Source of the DNA: Candidatus Doudnabacteria bacterium RIFCSPHIGHO2_02_FULL_43_13b
GTDB lineage: Bacteria; Patescibacteriota; Doudnabacteria; UBA920; O2-02-FULL-48-8
Assembly: GCA_001777655.1 (NCBI GenBank)
Contig: MFER01000016.1
Location: 1-45,930, forward strand
DNA length: 45,930 nucleotides
Direction of reading: 5' to 3'
Made by a program: the position numbers and the translations under genes. The notes under the pieces were generated by a model that was given only the letters and a program-made list of their open reading frames with translations, did not search any database and was not told the DNA's origin. Of the stretch, positions 18,601 through 27,740 are shown piece by piece (positions within the stretch are counted from its first letter, which is position 1; every line of letters begins with the position of its first letter).

Positions 18601-19357
18601 TCTAACTTATATTCCAGGTTCCTTCTTTGTTGATTTTGGAAGCGCATCGGGAAATCTTTTCAGTGGTGGAGAAAACTTAGGTAATTTGTCCGCAGGTCAA
18701 TCAAGAACCATTACTTTTGATGCTCAAGTTATCGCTTCGACCACCCAAACCTTAGTTAACCAGGCTTTGGTTACTGCTGATAACGCCTTCTCAACTTCTG
18801 CCTCCGCTTCGGTTTTCGTGCAAGGGGTAGTCGCCGGTACCAATATTGATTTGGTGCTCTTCAAGAAAGCGTTTAATAGAACACAAAACGTAGACGCAAC
18901 CACAGTCGTCGCAAAGCCTAATGACGTAATAGCTTATACTCTGACTGTCGAAAATCGGGGCAATGGGGCTACTAGTAATTATGTATTCCAAGATAATATC
19001 GAAGATATTCTCCAACTGGCGCAACTAGAGGATTTTGGCGGCGCAGAATTTTTACTGGGGCAGTACTTATTGAAATGGCAGCCAGTAACGATTGGAGCCT
19101 TTTCTAAAGTTGAGAAAACCTTCACCGTGACAGTTAGATCGTCTTTTCCCCAAGGATCAGACAATATTATGACTAACTTTTTCGGCAATACCGTGAATGT
19201 CACAGTAAATAAACCGGCAGTAGCTGGGGTGTTTATTGCGCCTAAAACCGGTTCTACCGCTACCTTAAGTTTCGGCCTAGCGGTGCTATCCGTGCTAGGT
19301 TTTGCGGTTTATAGAAAAAGAGAGCAATTGAAATTATTCTGGCAAAAAATTGTATGA
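15620..19357 (+). CDS. Large sortase-anchored surface protein with multiple DUF11-like Ig repeats
   Basis: Signal peptide; two carboxypeptidase-regulatory-like repeats; repeated ANPGDxxxFxI..V.D.LP..NTA units; C-terminal APKTG + TM + RKR. Confidence 0.88.
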   Translation: MINMLQNINKSTVTKTAALALIAAVSVSFVALSNANTTYQLTVNVSDECGPVIGAQATIVNGPDDGAFGITNQAGTFTFNNLSAGVFYIHAAAADHVSQDSNSIVLDRNQTVNFTLTRTNGGCEPLPPPTCTITANPAAIVAGTSSTLSWTSTNATSASLNQGIGNVSLSGTRIVSPAVTTTYTLSVAGAGGSATCSAPVVVNQPVENFYNLTVNVRDVCGPIVAQVTIVNGPDDGAFGITNNSGQFIFNNLNAGVFYLRVVSANHIPKDTGTIVLNSNQTVNVVLDRTNGPCNLPVIGTITVSKQVRNQTQNQSTFVETTAANPSDIVEFKIAVPANNGAVSSVVVSDILPAKLSYVGGSLRIDNVINGNSLTNISLGDLSAGQTKTILFRALVAQTSEFGFGTTTLTNTANVNSQSNSASDTASVTVTKDQLPQGFLDVADCNIIAGWAKDPDNELAQTVKIYRDGDFNTGTLISTLIADQNRADVGAHAFQIATPSVLRDGNSHQVYAYVMSGSSHILLNNSPKNVVCPISGQVNVSKTVRNLTQGQMIFTDSIAAGGADQVEFKIVVGANAGFVNNIILSDILPNKLTYVSNSLRINAVSVGNSLNQINLNNLTNGQSKLVTFQASVAASSAFAVGTTVLTNTANVVSDQNSDSDTASVSVTISQEPHAQLFIDKMAKNITQGQNVYDSTIVANPGDQISFKISVTASGNTSAQNVVVTDVLPANFSLVSGNITFNLGSVPVGTTETVTLVAQVAQASNFACGENPRTNTATATASNTSTVLDSVGIIINKTEGCGGISPLLSVVKLSRNLTAGQTVFTDNISANPGDQVQFQIQVSTSGNTTAQNVVVTDTLPANFSLSSGSLVNNLGNMTAGSVQTVTLTANIASDSNFDCGSTTRTNTVQATATNSNSATDTTNVVVLRSNGCGGGGSNFVTLSFTKEVRNISTNTSFANTVNASNNDRVQFKLVVRNNNVSTAANNVRITDTLPSGLTYIPGSFFVDFGSASGNLFSGGENLGNLSAGQSRTITFDAQVIASTTQTLVNQALVTADNAFSTSASASVFVQGVVAGTNIDLVLFKKAFNRTQNVDATTVVAKPNDVIAYTLTVENRGNGATSNYVFQDNIEDILQLAQLEDFGGAEFLLGQYLLKWQPVTIGAFSKVEKTFTVTVRSSFPQGSDNIMTNFFGNTVNVTVNKPAVAGVFIAPKTGSTATLSFGLAVLSVLGFAVYRKREQLKLFWQKIV

Positions 19358-19974
19358 ATAAAATTCTGTTAGGCGTAATTGTCCTGCTGGTTATCTTAGC
19401 AGGTATCATCTGGTTTTACCAAAGTCCCAAAGAAACACAAGAAAATTCTTTACCCGTATTGTCTGTGTCTGCGTTTAATCAAACGCAAAGTAATGACGCC
19501 ACAAAAGTTTCAGCCAGACCACAGGATTCAATCGAATTTATTTTAACCGGTCAGAATCAAACCGATCAAATTATCTTGGGTTATGTCATGACGATTGATA
19601 TTTTCAAGCTTTCTGATTCAGCCACCCTGATTGATGCCGGTGGAGCAAGTTACAATTCGGCCAGTAATTCCTTGGTTTGGACGCCACTAGACATTCCGGT
19701 GGGTGGATCAATCGAAAAAAAGTTCACCGTACGGGTCAACGAGTTACCTCCCAACACGCCATCGCAAATAATGGAGGTAGAATTTAGCAATAAAATACAA
19801 ATCACGGTTAGCCCAAAATTACAGGTTTTGGGCAACACTGTGCCAGCAAGTTCACAAGACCCATATACGGCCCCCATAACTGGATCAACCACAGGGTTGG
19901 TTTTGATCTTGTCGGTTTTAACCACTTTTGCCGGATTGATTATACGAAAGATCTGGTTTAGAGCCTGGGGATAA
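19354..19974 (+). CDS. Small sortase substrate homologous to the last Ig repeat of the upstream protein
   Basis: AFNQTQSNDAT vs AFNRTQNVDAT; EKKFTVRV vs EKTFTVTV; APITG + TM + RK. Confidence 0.8.
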   Translation: MNKILLGVIVLLVILAGIIWFYQSPKETQENSLPVLSVSAFNQTQSNDATKVSARPQDSIEFILTGQNQTDQIILGYVMTIDIFKLSDSATLIDAGGASYNSASNSLVWTPLDIPVGGSIEKKFTVRVNELPPNTPSQIMEVEFSNKIQITVSPKLQVLGNTVPASSQDPYTAPITGSTTGLVLILSVLTTFAGLIIRKIWFRAWG

Positions 19975-20002
19975 GCTTTCATAAAAACGAAGAAAATAAA
20001 CA

Positions 20003-20033
20003 GACCGCATGATCTTGCGGTCTTTTATTATTT
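20003..20033 (+). terminator. Intrinsic terminator
   Basis: AGACCGCA-TGATCT-TGCGGTCT followed by TTTATTATTT. Confidence 0.75.
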
Positions 20034-20159
20034 TAGATATGATTGATTTATAGCAAGAAAACCAAAGACAAAAACCGAAAAATAGATTCGGTTTTTAATT
20101 TTATCCAGCACCAGTTTTGACAGTCTAAATTATTGAAAGTAGCTGCGTTTACCCAATTT

Positions 20160-21167
20160 ATGGCAAACTCTAAAAAAATTTTAGTCACCGGCGGGGCGGG
20201 ATTTATCGGTTCTCATACCACAAAGTTGCTCCAAGAGCAGGGGAGAGACGTTGTTGTTCTGGATAATCTTTCAACAGGACACGTCAGTAGTGTTTCGTGC
20301 CCGTTGATTATAGGTGATTTATCCGATCGAGGACTGCTCAATAAGATTTTTTCAGATTTTGATATAGATACTGTAATTCATTTTGCCGCCTCGGTGATTG
20401 TTGAAGAATCAATGATTCTGCCGGGTAAGTATTTTGAAAACAACGTGGTCAACAGTCTAAATTTATTAAACGCAATGGCGGCGCATGGTATTTCGAAAAT
20501 TATTTTTTCTTCCAGCGCAGCGGTTTATGGCGAACCCCATTATTTGCCCATTGACGAGGATCACCCCAAGATGCCAACCAACCCTTATGGTGAAACCAAA
20601 CTCATGGTGGAGAAAATTTTAAAATGGTATCTTACTTCACACAATCTTTCTTCGGTGAGTTTACGATACTTCAATGCTTCTGGGGCCCACTCTGATGGGA
20701 GTTTAGGAGAGAATAAAGCGATTGTGACCCATTTGATCCCGCGAGTTTTGCGGGTTGCCGCCCATCAGACCGAAGTTTTGCAAATTTACGGCAACGATTA
20801 TTCCACTCCTGATGGGACTTGTATTCGCGATTATGTTCATGTCCTCGATTTGGCGCAAGCTCATTTTTTGGCGCTTGAGAAATTAGATAAAGAACAAGGA
20901 TGTTTTGCCTACAACGTCGCCACAGGAAAGGGCCATTCGGTGACAGAGGTAGTTAACGCAGCCGTTGAGATTACCAAAAAAATGATTCCGATCGAATATG
21001 CCATAAGACGAAGCGGCGACCCCACCAGTTTAGTCGCGGATGCATCGAAAATTACCAACGAATTAGGGTTTAGTCCAAAATATTCAGATCTCGAAACGAT
21101 TATAGGAACCGCTTGGGTTTGGCACCAGAGATTGTTACAAGAAAATCTTGCGAAAATAGTTGCGTAA
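20160..21167 (+). CDS. galE: UDP-glucose 4-epimerase
   Basis: VTGGAGFIGSH, HFAA, FSSSAAVYG, NPYGETK, LRYFNASGA, DGTCIRDYVHV. Confidence 0.95.
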   Translation: MANSKKILVTGGAGFIGSHTTKLLQEQGRDVVVLDNLSTGHVSSVSCPLIIGDLSDRGLLNKIFSDFDIDTVIHFAASVIVEESMILPGKYFENNVVNSLNLLNAMAAHGISKIIFSSSAAVYGEPHYLPIDEDHPKMPTNPYGETKLMVEKILKWYLTSHNLSSVSLRYFNASGAHSDGSLGENKAIVTHLIPRVLRVAAHQTEVLQIYGNDYSTPDGTCIRDYVHVLDLAQAHFLALEKLDKEQGCFAYNVATGKGHSVTEVVNAAVEITKKMIPIEYAIRRSGDPTSLVADASKITNELGFSPKYSDLETIIGTAWVWHQRLLQENLAKIVA

Positions 21168-21222
21168 AATCCATTTTTTTGGTACAATTTGTCTTGCAAA
21201 TTCACCATTTTAGAAACAAACA

Positions 21223-21948
21223 ATGAGTGTTAAATTATCAGTTATAATCCCCGCCCATAATGAGGAAAAGAGGATCGAACGAACCCTAAGGGATGTTGAT
21301 GATTATTTGGAAAAACAGCATTACCCTTATGAAATAATAGTGGTTGATAACGCGAGTAACGACCGCACCTCCCAAGTCGTTGAAAAACTGGCTGCAACCA
21401 GCGTGCAAAACTCAAAAATATTACTCCAGCCAATCGTCGGCAAAGGGATGGCTGTTAAAATGGGGGTTGAGGCTGCCGTTGGAGATTACATTATGTTCAT
21501 GGATGCCGATAACGCTACTCCGATTTCGGAAATTGAACAATTTTGGCCATCTCTCGAACAGGGAATAGAAGTGGTAATTGGTGATCGTTATTTGGATATT
21601 AAACATCGCGCCAAACAGCCGTTTATCCGGACAGTTTTATCCCGCGCGAGCAACTATCTGATCCAACTAGTTTTAATTCCTCACATTCATGACACCCAGG
21701 CGGGGTTTAAAGCATTTCAAGGTTTTGCAGCAAAACAAATTTTTAAACATATTACAATCCGTGGTTGGGCCTTCGATATGGAACTATTGGCTATTGCCTT
21801 AAAATTAAGCTACCGAATTAAAGCGGTTCCAATTACCAGAGAAGAAGAAGGAGGCTCGACTGTCCCCCCAACCGCTTTTTTACAATCCCTACGCGATCTA
21901 TTTGTAATTAAATGGAATGCACTGACTGGAAAATATTCGACTAAATGA
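21223..21948 (+). CDS. GT2 polyprenyl-phosphate glycosyltransferase (Dol-P-Glc synthase-like)
   Basis: SVIIPAHNEE, FMDAD, DTQAGFK, WAFDMELL. Confidence 0.88.
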   Translation: MSVKLSVIIPAHNEEKRIERTLRDVDDYLEKQHYPYEIIVVDNASNDRTSQVVEKLAATSVQNSKILLQPIVGKGMAVKMGVEAAVGDYIMFMDADNATPISEIEQFWPSLEQGIEVVIGDRYLDIKHRAKQPFIRTVLSRASNYLIQLVLIPHIHDTQAGFKAFQGFAAKQIFKHITIRGWAFDMELLAIALKLSYRIKAVPITREEEGGSTVPPTAFLQSLRDLFVIKWNALTGKYSTK

Positions 21949-23768
21949 CAAAATTTAAAGTAATAATTTGCAAAAAAATCACCGTAGGCATCTTAATGCC
22001 AGTTTTTTTATTTATGCTGTTTCCAACTCCAGGTTTGGCCACTTTAAGGGACTCAACACTTACAGCTGCTGCCATTACCACCTCTGATCCTTTTTTTACG
22101 ACTGATGCCAGCAAGGAAGATCGACAGTGGTATCTGGCCAAAACTCGGGTGATTGACGCGTGGGATTTCATCCAAGGCAGCTCTTCGGTCGTGGTGGCAG
22201 TGATAGATACGGGCATTCACGCCAGTCACATTGAGCTAAACGACGGACGAGTTATAGAAGGATACAATGTCATAACCAAGCAAATTATCGCCGCAGGCGC
22301 TAACTCCGATGATAATGGACATGGGACAGCTGTGGCTGGGGTAATTGGGGCAATTTCTAACAATCAAAAAGGAATAGCCGGGATCAATTGGGACGTTAAA
22401 CTAATGCCGGTAAAAGCTCTGGCAGCTGATGGGACAGGCAGCGTTTCGGCAGTCGCGGAGGGAATTGTTTGGGCTGCCGATCACGGAGCGAATATTATTA
22501 ATTTAAGCATTGGTGGTGGGGGATTTGCTGCCAGTCAAACTTTATCAACTGCGATTGCCTATGCTTACAACAGGGGAAGTTTAGTCATCGCCGCGGCCGG
22601 TAATGATTTGGTCGAAGATGGCATTAACTTAGATTTTTCTCCAACTTACCCAGTTTGTGGTGATAATGGTTTAGATATGGTTTTGGGCATCGCCGCCAGC
22701 GACGTGTTTGATCAGAAAGCCAGTTTTTCTAACTTTGGCTCCAAATGTATTGATTTGATCGCTCCCGGCAAACGAATTCTTACTACAGCATATTTCCCCC
22801 AAGATCCCGCTGACAACGTTTTAATTTATGGCTCAGGAACTTCTTTAGCCGTCCCAATAGTTTCGGGAATCGCCGCTTTGTTGAAATCCGCCAATTCCAA
22901 TCTAAGCAATGTTGAGATTCGAAATATTTTATTACGAACAGCAGATAACGTGGATTCTTTAAATACTACCAATTGCGACGGGGTTTCTTGCAACGGCTTG
23001 ATCGGCAAGGGCAGAGTGAATGCTTTTAATTTTTTCGCGCCGAAATCGATCGTTGAGGGTTCCTTAGTTCGCGAAAGTGTTTCCAATAATCTTTATTATA
23101 TTACTGGCAAGTCGAAACGAATTGTATCCTCTTTCGTCTTTACACAAAGAGGGATGGATATAAATAACGTGATTGTTGATAACAGTAATCAACTGCGTTT
23201 TTATGATTTAGGATCGCCATTGCCACCATTGGAAGGGACCCTGATTAAATCCGTCACAGACCCGACAGTTTATGTCATACACCAGGGGCTCAAAAGACCT
23301 TTAATGTATTTGGTTTTTACTTCGCGAGGTTACAAGTTTGACAACGTTTTAACACTACCAGATTTAGAAGTTGGAAATTATCCTTTGGGTGATTGGTATT
23401 GGCCCGCCGATTCCACTATGGTTTTGGTGGCTGGTAATCCGCTAGTTTATGTGATGGATAAAGAACTGCGCCGCCCAGTTACTTATTTTGTGTTTACGCA
23501 GCGAAAATTGTCTTTCGCTAAAGTAGTAAGGATCACGCCTGATGAATTTTCACACATCCCTTCACCCAACGATATATACTGGCTGCCGCCGTTGGATGGG
23601 ACTTTGATTAAATCAAACACTGACCCGGCGGTTTATGTGATAGAGAGTGGTAGAAGACGACTTTTATCCTATTCGGCTTTTATTTCTCGTAAGTACAAAT
23701 TTTCTAACGTAAAGACCCTGCCTCAAGTCGAAGTTGATGTTATAGCGACGGGCGAACCTCTAATTTAA
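21945..23768 (+). CDS. Secreted S8 subtilisin-like protease with C-terminal PxxGTLIK repeats
   Basis: Intact triad: VIDTG, GHGTAVAG, SGTSLAVP. Confidence 0.93.
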   Translation: MTKFKVIICKKITVGILMPVFLFMLFPTPGLATLRDSTLTAAAITTSDPFFTTDASKEDRQWYLAKTRVIDAWDFIQGSSSVVVAVIDTGIHASHIELNDGRVIEGYNVITKQIIAAGANSDDNGHGTAVAGVIGAISNNQKGIAGINWDVKLMPVKALAADGTGSVSAVAEGIVWAADHGANIINLSIGGGGFAASQTLSTAIAYAYNRGSLVIAAAGNDLVEDGINLDFSPTYPVCGDNGLDMVLGIAASDVFDQKASFSNFGSKCIDLIAPGKRILTTAYFPQDPADNVLIYGSGTSLAVPIVSGIAALLKSANSNLSNVEIRNILLRTADNVDSLNTTNCDGVSCNGLIGKGRVNAFNFFAPKSIVEGSLVRESVSNNLYYITGKSKRIVSSFVFTQRGMDINNVIVDNSNQLRFYDLGSPLPPLEGTLIKSVTDPTVYVIHQGLKRPLMYLVFTSRGYKFDNVLTLPDLEVGNYPLGDWYWPADSTMVLVAGNPLVYVMDKELRRPVTYFVFTQRKLSFAKVVRITPDEFSHIPSPNDIYWLPPLDGTLIKSNTDPAVYVIESGRRRLLSYSAFISRKYKFSNVKTLPQVEVDVIATGEPLI

Positions 23769-23776
23769 AAAAAACA

Positions 23777-25480
23777 ATGAGTCAAGTTATAAAAAAAATT
23801 ATCGGGATCGGTCTATTATTTTTGTTGGTTAGTCCTGCGAATTTTGTTTTGGCTCAAACTTCGATTGACCCCTTATTTAATCCGAATCTGCTGATTCCCG
23901 ACGAAGCCTTTGGCGATGTTGGGACGTTCGGTTCGTCTGCCGGTATTCAGAAATTTTTAGAATTAAAGGGATCGGTTTTATCTAACACCACTCCGGAGTT
24001 TTTGTTTAAACTCAAAGAGCCGGATACCCTGACGAAAGTTGGACTGGAAGATTTGCAACCTAACTTAACCAGACTTCGATCCGCAGCTGAATTGATTTAT
24101 GATGCTGGTAGAAAGTGGGGATTGAACCCACAGGTCATTCTGGTATTGCTTCAGAAAGAACAAAGCTTGATTACCGGCACATTTTTCTCTGATTCGGATT
24201 TGCAACGGGCCTTAGACCGGGCCGTAGGGTTTGGCTGTCCTGATTATGAAGGCTGTGGTGATATTTTCGTCGGTTTTTATAGGCAACTATTTGGTAGTTT
24301 CGATCCAGCGGGCAATCGTTGGCTGGGAGCGGCGGCGTCTTTGATGAAATCGTTCCGAACGGAAGTTGGCGGAGTTAGGGTTGGCCGCGGTCCGATGGTT
24401 GATTCAGCCAGTAGATCGTTCGGCCGACCGGTTGTGCGAACATCGAGAGTGGGGGACACGATTATTTTGGATAATACTAATGGTGGTTTTTTTGGTGTAG
24501 CAGGCCAGCAATCGGTAACATTGGGCAACTTTGCGACAGCTGCGCTTTATCGTTATACGCCCCATGTTTTTAATGGTAATTATAATTTTTGGCGATTTTA
24601 TTCCAGCTGGTTTAAATACCCCAACGGCACAGTGATTCAGCACCCAGGAATTCTTACTCAATATGTGGTTGACAACGGCACCAAGCGGCCATTTTCGGCT
24701 TTTGTTGCGCAGCAGCGAAAATTTAAAGTTGATAATGTTATCCTCGTTTCGCAAACTGAGCTTGATTCATATTTGACCGAAAAACCGATGCCGCCGCTGG
24801 ATGGGACTTTGATTATGGGAGACAGCGAAGGAACGGTCTATCTGGTCCAAGATTCGGTTAAGCTTCCAATTTCTTATCCCGTGTTTGTGCAGCGCAAATT
24901 TTCATTTGCCAACGTCATAACTTTACCGCAAGCTGAAATTGCTAGCTACGGTCAGGGCACCTATGTTCCTCCTTTTGATGGAACCCTGATTAAGGGCCAG
25001 ATTGATCCCACTGTCTATATGATCGATGGCGGGCTGAAACGGCCAATCTCGTTTGAGATTTTCAAAATCCGAAAATTATCGTTTGCGAAATTAATGATCC
25101 TTTCTGATGCGGAAGTTTTAACCATTCCTTTGGGCCCGTTTCTTACGCCACCCAACCTAGTTGCGATTAAGACGGCGAATGACCCAACGATTTATTGGTT
25201 TCGTGACAATATAAAACGCCAAGTGTCAGCCTTTGTTTATAAACAGCGGGGAGTCGCTTACTTTCCCCAAATCGTGATTTCAGACCAGGAGCTGGCATCG
25301 ATCCCAACCGGCACACCGTTTCCTCCGCGCGACGGCTCAATCATCAAAGGCGACGCTTCAACCGCGATCTATAAAATGGAAAACGGACTAAAGAGGCTTT
25401 TAACCGCCGAAGAGTACCGACGACTTGGGTATCCAAAGCCTTCAGTTTTAGCACAGACAGAGGTTGATTCGTACCAATAG
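23777..25480 (+). CDS. Secreted protein with a putative lysozyme-like N-terminal domain and five PxxGTLIK-type repeats
   Basis: NPQVILVLLQKEQSLIT, GFGCPD, ATAALYRYTPH, GNYNFW; repeats shared with the S8 protein. Confidence 0.75.
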   Translation: MSQVIKKIIGIGLLFLLVSPANFVLAQTSIDPLFNPNLLIPDEAFGDVGTFGSSAGIQKFLELKGSVLSNTTPEFLFKLKEPDTLTKVGLEDLQPNLTRLRSAAELIYDAGRKWGLNPQVILVLLQKEQSLITGTFFSDSDLQRALDRAVGFGCPDYEGCGDIFVGFYRQLFGSFDPAGNRWLGAAASLMKSFRTEVGGVRVGRGPMVDSASRSFGRPVVRTSRVGDTIILDNTNGGFFGVAGQQSVTLGNFATAALYRYTPHVFNGNYNFWRFYSSWFKYPNGTVIQHPGILTQYVVDNGTKRPFSAFVAQQRKFKVDNVILVSQTELDSYLTEKPMPPLDGTLIMGDSEGTVYLVQDSVKLPISYPVFVQRKFSFANVITLPQAEIASYGQGTYVPPFDGTLIKGQIDPTVYMIDGGLKRPISFEIFKIRKLSFAKLMILSDAEVLTIPLGPFLTPPNLVAIKTANDPTIYWFRDNIKRQVSAFVYKQRGVAYFPQIVISDQELASIPTGTPFPPRDGSIIKGDASTAIYKMENGLKRLLTAEEYRRLGYPKPSVLAQTEVDSYQ

Positions 25481-25498
25481 AAGAGTTATACTGATTTG

Positions 25499-26416
25499 AT
25501 GGATTCTATTATTGAAGTCAGGAATTTAACCAAGCAATATAAAACCGTCACCGCGGTTGACGGGATTAGTTTTATCGTAAACCAAGGCGAGATTTTTGGA
25601 ATTTTGGGTCCTAATGGCGCTGGCAAAACTACGACCTTAGAAATGATTGAGGGCCTAAAACCCATAAGTTCAGGGCTTGCCTTACTGGATGGAAATGATG
25701 TAGCCAAACATACCCACAAGGTTAAATCTTTAATCGGAGTGCAACTGCAATCGTCTTCGTTTTTTGAAGGTCTAACTTTGCTGGAACTTTTGGATACTTT
25801 CGCCGCGCTTTATGGACGGCGAGTAGATGCGGTTGAATTGTTGGCTGAAGTCCAACTGCAAGAAAAAGCCAAGTCGCAAGTCAAAGAATTATCAGGCGGC
25901 CAAAAACAGCGTTTCTCCATCGCCGCCGCTTTGGTTAATGATCCGAAGGTTTTGTTTTTGGATGAGCCGACGACTGGCCTGGATCCTCAGGCCCGGCGCC
26001 ATCTGTGGGATTTGATCTCCAGTATCAACAAGAAAGGCAAAACCATCGTTCTAACCACCCACTACATGGACGAAGCGGAGATTTTATGCGATCGGATCGC
26101 AATTATGGATCATGCAAAAATTGTCGCCTTGGATAAAACCGAAAACTTGCTCAAACTGCCCAGCCTTTCATCCTCGATTCATTTTCGGGTTAATAAGCCT
26201 TGCAGTATCGAGCATCTGAAAAACTTGCCAGCAGTGATTGAAGTTGATGCCGAGGACCACAGTTATAAACTAAACACGAATAATGCTGAGGAAACTCTCC
26301 CAGCTTTGTTTAAACACGCGAAAGAATGCGGGTTTAATCTAGTTGATTTGCAACTTCATCAGCCAACATTGGAAGATGTTTTTTTGAAATTAACAGGTCA
26401 CGCCTTAAGAGAATAA
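25499..26416 (+). CDS. ABC-2 type exporter ATP-binding subunit
   Basis: GPNGAGKTT, LSGGQKQR, LFLDEPT, TTHYM. TATACT ends 6 nt before ATG 25499. Confidence 0.95.
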   Translation: MDSIIEVRNLTKQYKTVTAVDGISFIVNQGEIFGILGPNGAGKTTTLEMIEGLKPISSGLALLDGNDVAKHTHKVKSLIGVQLQSSSFFEGLTLLELLDTFAALYGRRVDAVELLAEVQLQEKAKSQVKELSGGQKQRFSIAAALVNDPKVLFLDEPTTGLDPQARRHLWDLISSINKKGKTIVLTTHYMDEAEILCDRIAIMDHAKIVALDKTENLLKLPSLSSSIHFRVNKPCSIEHLKNLPAVIEVDAEDHSYKLNTNNAEETLPALFKHAKECGFNLVDLQLHQPTLEDVFLKLTGHALRE

Positions 26417-26509
26417 TTATTCCGTGACCTGTTATCCCGGACCCCGATCCGGGATCTAGTAATTAGATTCCCGCTTTCGCGGGAATGGAAAAATCGCCTT
26501 AAGAGAATA
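26401..26509. mobile_element. Palindromic element (ATTCCCGCTTTCGCGGGAAT family) between 15-bp direct repeats
   Basis: CGCCTTAAGAGAATA at 26401 and 26495 flank hairpins ATCCCGGA/TCCGGGAT and ATTCCCGC/GCGGGAAT. Confidence 0.8.
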
Positions 26510-26511
26510 GA

Positions 26512-27612
26512 ATGAGAACTCTGTTAATTCTAACCTTATCAACTTTCAAAATGTTCGCACGGAACCGTCAAGCGGTTTTTTTTACGTTTTTTGCCCCCTT
26601 GATGATCATGACGATTTTTGGGCTTATCGGGTTTGACAACGTGGCCAAAATTGAAATTGGGACTGTGTTAAATGCTCCTCCGACATCGGGCACGAAAATG
26701 TTTTTAGAGCAACTAAAACAAATCCCGGCTTTTAACATTCATGAAGGAACGGTAGAAGATGAACGCGCAGCAATTATTGACGGTGATCGGTCAGTGGTTT
26801 TGATTATCCCTTTTGATTTAATCCCGCAAGTGCCCCAGATTAATTCGCCCAAGACCGTTATTGCGTTAACCAATGAAGGCCAGGCCCAACAGGCCAACAC
26901 CGCCATCAGTATCGTCAATCAAATTTTGGACAAAACCACCATCGCCCTGGCTCGTACCCCCACGATGTTTAATTTGGTTTCGGAAACTATCAATGCCAGA
27001 AATTTAAAATATATTGATTTTTTGATTCCGGGCGTGGTGGCTTTGGCCGTCATGCAGATGTCGGTGTTTTCCGTCGGCTTTGTCTTTACCAGTTATAAAG
27101 AAAAGGGGATTTTGAAAAGATTAATCGCGACCCCGATGCGACCCTATCAATTCGTGACGGCAAACGTCATTACGAGATTACTTGTCACGGTTGTTCAAAC
27201 TCTCGTTTTGATAGCGATCGGAGTTTTTCTATTTAAAGCCCACATGTTAGGTTCGTATTGGCTTGTATTGTTAATCTCCAGTCTTGGCGCCATTATGTTT
27301 TTGGGGTTAGGGTTTACGATTTCTGGGATCGCTTCAACCGTGGAAGCGGTGCCTGCGATTGCCAATTTAGTGGTTTTTCCCATGCTGTTTTTGGGGAATA
27401 CTTTCTTTCCGATTTCTACCATGCCGGATTGGTTGCAGAAAGTGGCCAATGTTTTACCCCTAACTTATTTTTCTTCTTCTTTGCGGGAAGTCATGATTAA
27501 GGATGCTTCGATCAGCGCGATTGCTCCGGATTTACTTTGGATGTTGTTATGGTCCGTAGTTTTGGTCATTACCGCGATCATCACTTTTGGGTTTGAGGAA
27601 AAACGACAATAA
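26512..27612 (+). CDS. ABC-2 type exporter permease
   Basis: YIDFLIPG, EKGILKRLIATP, FFPISTMPDWLQ..LPLTY. Confidence 0.93.
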   Translation: MRTLLILTLSTFKMFARNRQAVFFTFFAPLMIMTIFGLIGFDNVAKIEIGTVLNAPPTSGTKMFLEQLKQIPAFNIHEGTVEDERAAIIDGDRSVVLIIPFDLIPQVPQINSPKTVIALTNEGQAQQANTAISIVNQILDKTTIALARTPTMFNLVSETINARNLKYIDFLIPGVVALAVMQMSVFSVGFVFTSYKEKGILKRLIATPMRPYQFVTANVITRLLVTVVQTLVLIAIGVFLFKAHMLGSYWLVLLISSLGAIMFLGLGFTISGIASTVEAVPAIANLVVFPMLFLGNTFFPISTMPDWLQKVANVLPLTYFSSSLREVMIKDASISAIAPDLLWMLLWSVVLVITAIITFGFEEKRQ

Positions 27613-27740
27613 AATCGCTCGGCACAGATTGAAATCCACCGCAAAAAGAAATTGGAATATTAGAGGAAATATTTTTGTACTCACAATTGATCGATCGGTC
27701 AAATGAGAGTACATTTTCCCAAAAAGAAAAGTCCTGAACC

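Noticed and set aside
15713-19203. Minus-strand ORFs antisense to the large surface protein
   Set aside because: Codon-bias shadows with no independent signals.
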